A stretch of DNA of 59,694 nucleotides, filler included, from Asterionella formosa (taxonomy: Eukaryota): assembly GCA_002256025.1 (NCBI GenBank). It is 4 parts of 4 records of this genome, joined end to end, with 100 filler letters (N's around TTAATTAATTAA, not from the genome) between each part and the next. Parts side by side here need not be neighbours in the genome. Positions count along the whole stretch, not along the records: positions 1 to 14,854 come from NKIB01005708.1; 3 more parts are not named here. One strand, written 5' to 3'. Shown piece by piece: positions 1 to 9,932 of this stretch (positions within the stretch are counted from its first letter, which is position 1; each line of letters begins with the position of its first letter). Below the pieces are notes generated by a model. The model worked only from the letters and a program-made list of their open reading frames with translations. It searched no databases and was not told where the DNA came from. A program made the translations under genes and the position numbers.

Positions 1-1274
1 GATCAAAGAAATTGTTCCTTTGGAGGTACGTTTGTTGTTATTTTTGCTGTCTAGCATTTTATTCATGTACTCATCTGTTGCTTCAATCAATGCATTTTGC
101 ATCTGGGGTTTGTTGCTAATGGTGGCAGCAATGGTGGCACCTTTGGGTCGTCCACCAACAGTTGTATAGTTGTACTACTCATGTCCTCCTTGTTTGTTTT
201 CGTTGTGTTTGTATTTGCCTCCAAACTTCCCCAGGTAAGCACAACATTGTTTCCAGTTTCATATGCCAAAGTGCCCATCATTGTAAACTGACTATCATAA
301 TGCTCACTCACACCTTCATTGTTGTCGTCTTCTTCCTCCTCGACAATTTCATATGAATTATGAATGAGATTACTGGGAAATAACAAGGCAAAGCTGCCAT
401 CAGCATTCAAGAATTGGGGTTTAGTAGGGCCACAATGGTCAGGTGTCAATGTAGACACCATGGTTGCAGTTGATGGCTGAAAGAGGGACGAACCAGAAGT
501 AGTATACATACTAGTAGTACTAGACTTAACTTCTAGTTTAGCACTTTGTTTTAGTTCATTCTTCACTTGGTTAACAGATATCCAAGGGAAAATGCATTGC
601 TTAGCTGATACTGTCCTAGACATTTTTCCACCATTGTTAGCCTTCTTAGCTTCTAGCTCCCTAATCACATTGTTCAGACAAAACTGAACACTGACCAACT
701 CTTCAGGAGACAATTTCTTTCGAGGCAAGACATTGCCTTGTCGAGGCGCTTTCGAGATCATGATGTTGGTATTGTGATGGGTGATGGGTGATTGTTTGTG
801 TTTGCATTTAATTTTTGTACTCATAATTCGGGCGCGCCAGGAATTCCTATTTGACGTTTTCCATTACTGAATTTATCTCTTTATTATGGCGCACGAGCGA
901 AAGCGCAATGACGTCGTAGCCATATTAAATAAATTTTAGAGGATACTAAACTAGTTTTCTAGCGGAGGAATATTATTCTAGCTGAATACGTATATAAAAG
1001 GTGATGCTTGCTCAATCGAGTAAACGTGAAAATATTCAATTTTCGCAATTTCACGTCGACAGCAACCTTTGGGCGATAATACCTAATTAACACTGTACAC
1101 AATGCAACAATACAAGTACGAAAGTATTTACTCGCTATATAAATCTGAACAACTCGTTCGTGACAATAAATGGCGTATCTTGTAAACTAAGTTCAAACCG
1201 TGCGTTTACTCCGTTTAGCGGTGGCTTACAGTTCAAAAGTCGCCGTAGCGGTGGCTTACAGTTTTTAAGTGGTA
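1..1274 (-). mobile_element. 5' part of a decayed Tc1/mariner-pogo-like DNA transposon (frameshifted transposase N-terminus plus subterminal region), truncated by the scaffold start
   Basis: ORF 87..824(-) shifts frame near 150 into VGGRPKGATIAATISNKPQMQNALIEATDEY, a GRPKG-type segment I recognise from diatom DDE_1-like transposases. An 18-bp subterminal direct repeat TAGCGGTGGCTTACAGTT lies at 1216-1233 and 1246-1263. The putative end ...AAGTGG|TA is at 1272-1274. 1037-1233 recurs at 33126-33327. Confidence 0.55.
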
Positions 1275-1513
1275 GTCTGTTGCTTCCAGCAACACATTTT
1301 TCTTTGCTCCGAAATGTACACTGGTATCTGTGTATTGCTGCAGATACACTAATTTATATATTTAATTGATGTCATGAAATTAAATTAATCAACAAAGACA
1401 CTATTTTTATCTCTAACAGCAACAATGGAAAAGAATTTTGGGAGGAGGGATCAACAGCAATTACCATCATTACTCATTTAATATGCTTTTCATCCCTTGT
1501 AAAAGACTTGCGC

Positions 1514-1570
1514 TTGTTGTTGTTGTTGTTGTTGTTGCTGCTGCTGTTGTTGTTGTTGTTGTTGTTGTTG
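1514..1570. repeat. (GTT)n/(GCT)n microsatellite
   Basis: Direct reading: ttgttgttg...gctgctgct...gttgttg. Confidence 0.95.
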
Positions 1571-1602
1571 GGTTGCAAGCACCAGTCCTGCTGATTTTTC
1601 AT

Positions 1603-2200
1603 TTACAGCCAGGGAAGATTGACAATGATAAAAGAAATTCTCACCGTCCAACATGTATCCCTACAATGACTTCGCTGTATTTGCATTAATTTTACAGTTG
1701 CTGGATACAGAAACAAAACCAAGGCAATTGCCATTACACTCATTGAGAATTGGTTCAACCAATCCTTGAGTGAACAAAAATTGTGTAAGCGGGAAAAAGC
1801 AGAAAGAATACCAACTGATTTCTTCAGGCTGAAGGACAAGGATGTCCTGAGGATCCTCCATTTATTGGTGAGTGACCCAAAGGTCATCTCAATTCTAATA
1901 TGGAGTTGCGAAAGGAAATAATTGTATGCATCTTTGTTTGATGATTCTCTTTGACTTCCAAAAAGGGACAGAGGCCTTGATCAGTCAATGTATAAGCAGC
2001 ATCACCTACTATGTGCTGTCCTGGACGAAGGTTGGATACCATAATCTGAAAAAGCTATGTCCTTTAAAATGCCTTCTGATCTCGACATTTTCCTGTTGCG
2101 ACGACACCGAAGTATAGTAAACAAAAAGTACTGTCACAAACAACTTCAACACTTAGCTAATCCATACAACATATAATGCCCATACCAATATGCTTGTGGG
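1603..2200 (-). pseudogene. PIF/Harbinger (DDE_Tnp_4/HARBI1-like) transposase fragment, frameshifted
   Basis: Minus-strand pieces YWYGHYMLYG, VVCDSTFCLLYFGVVATGKCRDQKAF, IVGDAAYTLTD and YNYFLSQLHIRIEMTFGSLTNKWRIL...RLHNFC match the DDE_Tnp_4 catalytic core. Frameshifts are present. Confidence 0.85.
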
Positions 2201-2668
2201 AAAACATATTTGTACCTGGTAATAACACTGTCTAATAACAGTTGCTTGAATAGATTCTTAAAGTGTCTCTGGGGCCATTTTGACTCTACGATTTTCTCCG
2301 GTTTAATTGCCCTTTTGAGCGGCTTGCGCGCCCTTTTGAGAAGCTACAGATCCATGTGAACAATATGTATGTAGAAAGATTAAAATTGAACACTACCGGT
2401 ACATTTCAAAAAAACGTTATTTGGGCTTTTTCGATATGCAGGTACGGCAATCTCGATCAAAATGCAGATGCATGGAGACCCATTTTTCTTCGAACAACCT
2501 AGTCTCAACATACATAGCTACGCAAAAGAATAGTACAACAAAAGAACAACTGCAACTTGACTTTTTTGTGGATTGCACAACCACGAAAGTGGCGATGATG
2601 CGAAGGAAGAAACCAATGGTATGCTCGTTTTGATCATCGGAACCATTAAATATCTGGCAGTATGGTCA

Positions 2669-2857
2669 GGGGAATACCTTAGTTATTTAGCTCACCTTCC
2701 GAGGTGGCGGGCTCGATTCCCGCATTCTCCACCTGCTTTGTTTAAATAGCCTCTTGAGTTCCGGGTGGTGAGGAGGCATACAACAAGCAGGTCTAAGGCC
2801 CTTTGGGGGGCCAACTGCAACTTGTTCACAACCTCCACAATTGTCGAGTTCGTTAAC
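2669..2857 (+). mobile_element. tRNA(Ala)-derived SINE-like element or tRNA pseudogene with a 3' body
   Basis: GGGGAAT (2669-2675) pairs with ATTCTCC-A (2724-2731) as an acceptor stem with a G3:U70 pair. The T-arm GCGGG-CTCGATT-CCCGC is intact and a TAGCTCA remnant is present, but the D and anticodon arms are disrupted. The body resembles 5619-5822(-). Confidence 0.6.
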
Positions 2858-4298
2858 ATAGTGTACTATAAAATTTATGTAATAATTTTATCCGGCAGTA
2901 TGGTAAATGTAAATGTAACAACCATAGAAAGTTTATTGAAAAAATGTTATTCTCTTCATACTTTAATTATGACAGTGAATTGTGTTATTCCATTTCAAAC
3001 AAATATTTGAGGACTGGCCGATATAAAACAGCATTTGGCGATATGTAAATGTACTCAATGACTTTATGGATGTTAAATTGGTTTTGATTAATTTATTGAA
3101 ATCCTCGTAATTTAATTAGTGATTGCCAAGTTTATACTCATATCTAAATTACTAATAAAAACGCAATCTTTCGAGTTAGCCAACGACTGTTACAATAAAA
3201 TGGTATGTTGTCGACGAAATCTGACCTTAAATAATCTGCTCGACACTTGGCTGGGGTTCGGAAAATCCATGCAACTGTTATTGGACAGAGGGAGTACTCC
3301 GCACTACAGACTCCGTAGTGCTTTCCTGGTGGTAGAGGTAGAAACTGCAATGCACTGCAGAAAATCTGGTTCGATCACATGACAAATTTTGTCAGTCGGC
3401 AACACTAGTGGAATAAGCTAGTAGATAGGAATCTGGAGCCATCCGCATTACTTGATATATATATATATATATATACGTGGGCATCAACTTTCACTGCTAC
3501 AACCTACAAAGAAAGATGCATGTCATGGTTCTGTAATTTAAGTCTGAAAGCGCCCCTTTCTTCCTGGCTGGTTACATGTTACCGTGGTTATGGCACTTTT
3601 TTTAATTTACAGGTATCAAGGCTTGCAGATTTAAAATTACATAAGTGATGACCAGTGTGTGGTGGCTGTGGGTATGCTTATGTCACAACCCTAGTAAGTG
3701 CGACTGCATATCTCACTGCCTTACTGTATGAAAAGTATTCTATTCATAAATGTACCAATTGAAAGGTGATAACTTGCTTGGAGTGGAAACATATCTATGC
3801 ATATCTTTTCTTCAAGTAAAGGAAAACCCCTGGAAATGAAAGTGTATAGCAAATTTACAATCATACTGAAGACACAATCCATATCCTCACAGATCTACTC
3901 CAGCCTCCATCTATTGCCTCTGATCCAGTGGCATTCCAAGGAATTAGTTCACAAATGTATCTAGTAGCAGCATGTTTGTTCCACTGAGCATCGTATGTTC
4001 ACTTCCTCTTGTTCTTTGCTAGATAGTGAGTATTGCAGCCCCTGGGATCAAGTCCACAGTATTCTGATGCATTCAAAACTACAGTCATAGATATCGGAAT
4101 TGTTAGCAATTGCAACCTACCAATCCTCTAGATACTCAAAATCAAAGGGTTGGAGCAGTTTTAGATTGGCACTTTGGAGGACATGAAGCAACCTGAGTTC
4201 CAATGTATTAATTTGGTTAAAACGTATTGATGCAACGTGTGACTATGGTACGTGAAGTAGCGACCAAGCCACCCTGTAATAAAATTAAAATGATCACC

Positions 4299-4892
4299 TT
4301 ACTTCGAGCACTCTCGAGTGTCACAGCATCCATCGCATTGAGTCTTTGGAAGGATGTTGTAGTAGTATGCATCTGAAGAGCAAGCGTATCTTGAAGATCC
4401 ACCCAAGCACTGGTAGGGAGCCCCCGATCCACACTTGACCGACTCACAATCTTCGCAAAGGACACCGTCGCATGTGACGGAGGAATCTTCGGGTTCAGCA
4501 TTTTTGCAATCCGAGAGATCACATGACTCAATACATGTTGATCCAATTGCACCAACGATCCATGGCATCGGAGCGCAACCAACAGTCTTCAAGTTTGGAT
4601 CTGTCCAGCCAGTACACGCATAGGGCGCGACGTCGACGGGACAACCCGACATTTCGCACACAGTGAAAGAGCATGCAGGTGAGCTAGGAGATCCTTTTCC
4701 CATTTCTGGAAACGAAGATTCCTGGACAGTGCCACCACTCTTGGAGTTGAATAAAAAAATGGCCATGCTTGCGAGCAACAGAAATGTCCCGCCCAAAACA
4801 CATTTACCGTGGTTACGTGTTCGTGAGGTGTGATCGACCAGAGGTTCGTCTTCGATGTTTCGAACGACGACAGTTGATTGATAAGACGGCAT
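4299..4892 (-). CDS. Cys-rich single-pass (type II) membrane protein, about 197 aa, with two APYxC-containing Cys modules; function unknown
   Basis: Likely start is MPSYQS at 4892. A hydrophobic helix (CVLGGTFLLLASMAIFLF) precedes two similar Cys modules (C..APYAC..GC..W..CIESCDLSDC and C..APYQC..ACS..CDGCCDTREC). The ORF is uninterrupted. Confidence 0.8.
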   Translation of the reverse strand: MPSYQSTVVVRNIEDEPLVDHTSRTRNHGKCVLGGTFLLLASMAIFLFNSKSGGTVQESSFPEMGKGSPSSPACSFTVCEMSGCPVDVAPYACTGWTDPNLKTVGCAPMPWIVGAIGSTCIESCDLSDCKNAEPEDSSVTCDGVLCEDCESVKCGSGAPYQCLGGSSRYACSSDAYYYNILPKTQCDGCCDTRECSK

Positions 4893-5618
4893 GTTTCGTT
4901 GCTTCAAGTCAACGAAAGAAATGCGAACGCGAAGGCCTTGGGCAGGAGGTCTTTTATGACCGTGCAGCAAGAACTACATTTCTTCAAAAAGTCGACCGGT
5001 ATGTGTGTGCAACACCGAAATACATCAATATATATATTTTACATTACATCTATTGATACGATAGACATATTAATAAATTTGAACATAAATATAACTATGT
5101 ATAGTATGACAAATTTATCCTGTGACTGATGCTGTATTTTGTTGCTTCGTATAAGTGCGCACTTCGTAATTCTTTGTGAGAAATTTACGAATGGTCAGCC
5201 AGTTGATGCCTGATGGTGGAGTGATACAAGGAGTCGCCTTCCCTTTGCTTCCTGAAAAAGTTGTATCCTCCTGTGGTACCTGGTACCTGGTGGTACCTGG
5301 TACCATGTACCGGTACCCTGGTCCTTGCTTCGCTCGATTGATCTACTATCAGTGTTACTAGGACAAATTTTGGCTAGTACTCCTATGCACCTTGGACTGT
5401 ATGTACGATGATGGGGGTACTTCGAAATACCAAGTATTATAGAAAAAGATATTTTGTCCCCCTGCTTTTGATAAATAGCCCATTCCTACTCCCCTTTTTC
5501 AAGGCAAGTATTCATTGTGCTGCCTGGTGCCAACAAGACCTGCTGTGCTTCCCTAGTTTTTTTAGTGTAGGTGAGTCCCCAACCATCTTTCATGAAAGGT
5601 GATTGTCTTAGCTGCAGC

Positions 5619-5822
5619 GTTAGAAGAAACTCCGACTGCCGAGGAAGGCGGCACAAGTTGCTTGTAGGGGGGCAAACCCACTATTTATTGTACACCAGGC
5701 AAGACCATGTGGGACAGCAGTAAGGAGCCCAACAATTATTTTTTATAAAAATTGCGGGATTTGATCCACACAACTTCAGATCTAAGGCAACGTGCTCAAC
5801 AAACTACCGTAAGCCATTCCCT
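5619..5822 (-). mobile_element. Second, more diverged tRNA-derived SINE-like copy
   Basis: The minus strand reads AGGGAAT...GAGCACG...GTGGATCAAATCCCGCAATTTTT (tRNA-like head with B-box-like motif). Body blocks GGTGTACAATAAATAG and GCAACTTGTGCC...GTCGGAGTTTCTTCTAAC resemble GGCATACAACAAGCAG and GCAACTTGTTCA...GTCGAGTTCGTTAAC of the 2669 copy. Confidence 0.4.
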
Positions 5823-7441
5823 TAAAATGTATTTATAATTAGCTATCATTGATGGGGGTGTGAAGCAAACTCTGTGTAATAAAGCTCCAGCAACGACTCC
5901 TGTCTATGATTCTACCAAATGATTTTTGAGTCGATTCAAAGAATCAACATGCTGTCGCCCATGCTACATTGGAAGCATTGCCAAACTCTGGAGAAGAACA
6001 ATTTCTTTTCCTACAAAGCATTTTGGAGCTGCTGAAAGGAGATGCTGACAAGAATGTCGAACCACTGCCATTTTCATTGCATCACACCAGATGTGTGTCA
6101 TGTCATTCTACACAAGCGGATTACCTTCTCCATTCCATTTCGAGATGCCTTGCAAGACTTCGTCATGTCCATCGGACTCAGATGGCTGAACGAGGCGCTG
6201 CGTTTATCAATGGGGTCCCTCGTCAAAATAGTCTCTCGTCTATTGCAAAATTCTAATGATATTGACGAAGCCTTGCTTCGCCCTGTCTGCTGTGCAGCTG
6301 ACAATTGATTTGATTGTTTTGGAGTTTGGAAACGATGCATCGGATGTTTGTATCACTCATTCAAGTAACAAGATTCAGTTGCGCCCTCCTGTAGCAGTGT
6401 GGACGGCGAAGTTGACAGAATACCATTCGACTGTCAAGGCAGGGAGGATTTGGACACAGCCAGTCCAAAAAGATTTTTCAGCTACATATTTCCTGGAGGA
6501 AACGAGCTCTGTTGCAATCATTGGTAGACTTAGCCTACACTTGTATACCAAGATTACTACCTTCCAAACCATAGGTAGCTAATATTATTTAAAAGAAAAA
6601 TTGATTAATCATGGCATTGACTTGTTTGACAAGCTTCACCCAATCATTGACAATGAATCAAGTTAGACCAATATTCATCAGTGATGTTGGTAGTGAATGC
6701 CATAATTTTGATTGGTACATATGAGCCACATAACATTTGTCATAACTTGAAGAGGATGAAGACATGATTGCAATATAAATGGAAGACGATTGACATACAT
6801 ATATATGCCTTTGATAATTGATGTGCATATGTATAAGATAGCTATTCATACTATCCTTTTTGCTGAGATCAAGCCAATATATGCCTATGATTATTTTTAT
6901 ATATTACACTGTTATTTATAACTGCAAATAAATTTGTGTATGTGTTGACCCAGGTGCGAACAGACCGGAATTACCAAATTTGGTCAACACAAATACAAAT
7001 GTTGGGGTTATGAGTACTACGATTTATTTGACATCGCACATGCAATTATTTTTTTATCGAAAAGTGCGCCCAGTACCGGTAGTAAAGCCACTGTAGAGTA
7101 TTTTGCTTCTTTACGTGTAGCTATAGTATATACCAGTATGATTGACCGTCTATAAAGTCTACGCACATGTAAAACACTTCTCAGCTTTGCTTTACAACCA
7201 AACCCTAAAAACGCCAAAGCACAACATGGCTCTCCAGCAATATTCCTTACTGACTTGCATGTTCTTCGTGTTTTGATCTGCGTACTAGCAATTAAATGAG
7301 AATGATGGACTCAGGAGAAGATAATGTTGGGTGCAATGGAAGATCTAGATATGTCATCTACCGGAAATAGGCATCCCCATTCACTCTATGTTTTTTAATA
7401 TTTAGCTTTGTAGATTGCCACATGAATGATGTGGATATTAT

Positions 7442-8698
7442 CTAGGGACCGAAATCGTGATGTCCCACACAAAGGGCAGTCGCCAAGATTCCAAACACTA
7501 AGAAGGGTTGAGCTGATGCTTGGTACTTGACGTCGTTAGCAATTGGATCAGGCAATAACAACGTAGCCTGAAAGTAAACTTGTGGAATAATCAAGCCCAA
7601 CAAGATGAGAGCATACGTTGGCTCTCCGATAGCGTACAAATATGCTGCGACACCAAGTTGGGTGATAGTGACTGCCCCAGCACAAATATATTTGGCGCCA
7701 TCGACACCAAATGCGACCGGAAGGCTATTCAGGCCCATTGCGCGATCACCCTCAATGCTCTTGAAGTCATTAACAATAGCAATACCTAATCCAGCGATTG
7801 AGTACAAAATAGGACTGCGATTTGTCGGTGTTAGCATCCACTAAATGAAATATCGATTTAAGTCCTTTCGTGGAACTTACAGAATCCAATAGACTGGACG
7901 ATCCAAAGTCCCAAAGACAGCCTGGCCACACCACCAAGGCAACGAAATGTAAGAGGCTCCAAGGGCAAAGTTGCCTTGCCATCCATCTTGCTTCAGTTTG
8001 AGTGGGGGTGCACTGTATATGTATGAAATGAAAGATCCAAAGACACTCAATAGGAGAACCGAAGGCACATCGTGTCCAGCCCATACATCCAATCCATAGG
8101 CAATCCCGAGCCCACCCAACAGCAAGAACCAAATCTGAAAAATGACTTCGCCCTTCGAAATAGCTCCACTGGGAATGGGACGATAAGGTTCGTTAATAGC
8201 ATCAATGTCACGATCGTACCAATCGTTAATGGTTTGGGTGTATCCAGTCAAGAAGGGACCCGCCAAAATCATGGCAACCAGACCCTTCAAGGCATCTTCG
8301 GCGCCAAGAGCAACATTTCGATCATTCTCATCAAAAGGATTCCACATCCAGTGGTAGTTTCCGGAAGCAGCAGCTCCGCACATGACTCCCCACACAAGAG
8401 GGATCCATGTGACTGGCTTGGTCAGCTGCAGCCGAATTTTCCAAATATTGGTTTCAGCAGAGGCGCCCTTGACACCAAGCAATTGCCGGAACCCAGCAGA
8501 GCCATCCTCGGCTTCTTCATTCGGTCCAGCCATACCGAGAGCAGAATGCGACTGTTCAAATGGATAGAATTGATTTTCTGATGTCGTAATGCTGGATTTC
8601 GGCAACATTGCTAACCTAGTGGGGATTCGGGATGCAGCATGGTGGCTAGTGAATGCAGTTGCTCCAGTCAGGAGGCCCAAGACAGCAAGTATCTTCAT
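7442..8698 (-). CDS. chlG: Chlorophyll synthase (UbiA prenyltransferase family), plastid-targeted; exons 8698-7881 and 7814-7442, 396 aa
   Basis: Motifs IRLQLTKPVTWIPLVWG, TQTINDWYDRDIDAINEPYRPIPSG and NDFKSIEGDRAMGL. A 66-nt GT..AG intron (7880-7815) joins YWIL/PILYS in frame. MKILAVLGLLTGATA|FT is a signal peptide with a +1 Phe transit motif. Confidence 0.97.
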
Positions 8699-9239
8699 TG
8701 TCGGTACAACGTTCCTTCGTCTCCTCGTGATATACCCGTGATCGCTGTGCGTTGCAACCAATATGAAGAGTTTACCCTTCGCCAAGTGGAACTAATAATA
8801 AAAACATATGCATGTTGGCATAATCCTGATTTATATATGTGTTTTGGCATTGAGTAAAATGATGTCTTCATCCAGCAACGAAGACATAGTATGAATGTTT
8901 AAAAATCATTTTTGTTTGTATAAAATGGAACTCTTTCAATCTGGTGGCAATTCCTATTTAATTCAAATACCGGTATTCAAATGGACTCTCGAATCATGGG
9001 AACTCATATGTAGTAGAAAACTCCCTGTTCCTTGTTGTTTTCACAACCCTAGCGACGTTTTCTCCGAACTAGGGTTAAGCCGGGGCCGCAACCTTTAGAG
9101 CATGTAAAAGCTCAATCTATCATAATTCTCTGGTTCACAAGTATTTTCGACCAACCTGTCACTGTTTCACACCGGATCTATTGCTTGATGGGCACAAAGG
9201 TGTAGCAAGACGAACACTGGTGTCAACAGAATTAAAATA

Positions 9240-9730
9240 CCGTAGTCATTGGAATGGTAGTCTTGTGCAAAAGTTTTAGTGGTAAAAATCTCCTGTACAA
9301 AAATTTCCATTGTATGGCCCGCTGCATAAATCATATTCTGATTGGCTGACACGGCATACGAGGTCTTTTGATCCCACGCTGGCCACACTAAATGCACGTG
9401 CATCATTTTCTTTCATTTTGGCCAATCCTACCACCCTGGTAGACCAACAACCGGTAGGACCATCATTGCTCATAGTAGTGTGCACGTAGCAATAAATTAC
9501 CAGTAGGATGCACAATCAAAAACATATTTTGTTGATCGGAGTACCGGTAGGTTAGAGTACTGGGAGAGTAGGCAAGGTATCTATACATACAGCGATGAGG
9601 AATCTATTCATACATATTTATTACGCACGCGAAAATTTCAACTCATTTAAATAACGGTATTTCAAACGGAGTCATTGATATTCAAAATCAGCCCATAAAA
9701 TTTCTTAGATCCAGGGAATTTCGGCAACCG
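9240..9730 (-). mobile_element. Internal copy of a dispersed non-autonomous DNA transposon family (other copies 43780-44470 and 52930-53099)
   Basis: Its reverse complement aligns by eye with 43826-44470, sharing GGTTGCCGAAATTCCCTGGA(T/A)CTAAGAA, GGTAGGATYGGCCAA, AGTGTGGCCRGCGTGGGAT, CCAATCAGAATATGATT and GCACAAGACTACCATTCC. Confidence 0.8.
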
Positions 9731-9932
9731 TTTCCTATACAAAAATAAAATGATTGTTTTTATCAGAGCGCGCATTTCATGCAATAAATCAAATAACTGG
9801 AACTTCTGGATATTTTCAGGAACTTCTTACACAAGATCCTCGATAATCAAGGGAAGCATATATTAGTCATAGTCTCGTCTAAACTTGAAGCTCATAATTT
9901 CTTTAAGCATAGCTGGAACTGAAACTCTCAAC

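Noticed and set aside
2669..2731. Functional tRNA-Ala gene
   Set aside because: Only 63 nt long with no formable D arm or anticodon arm.
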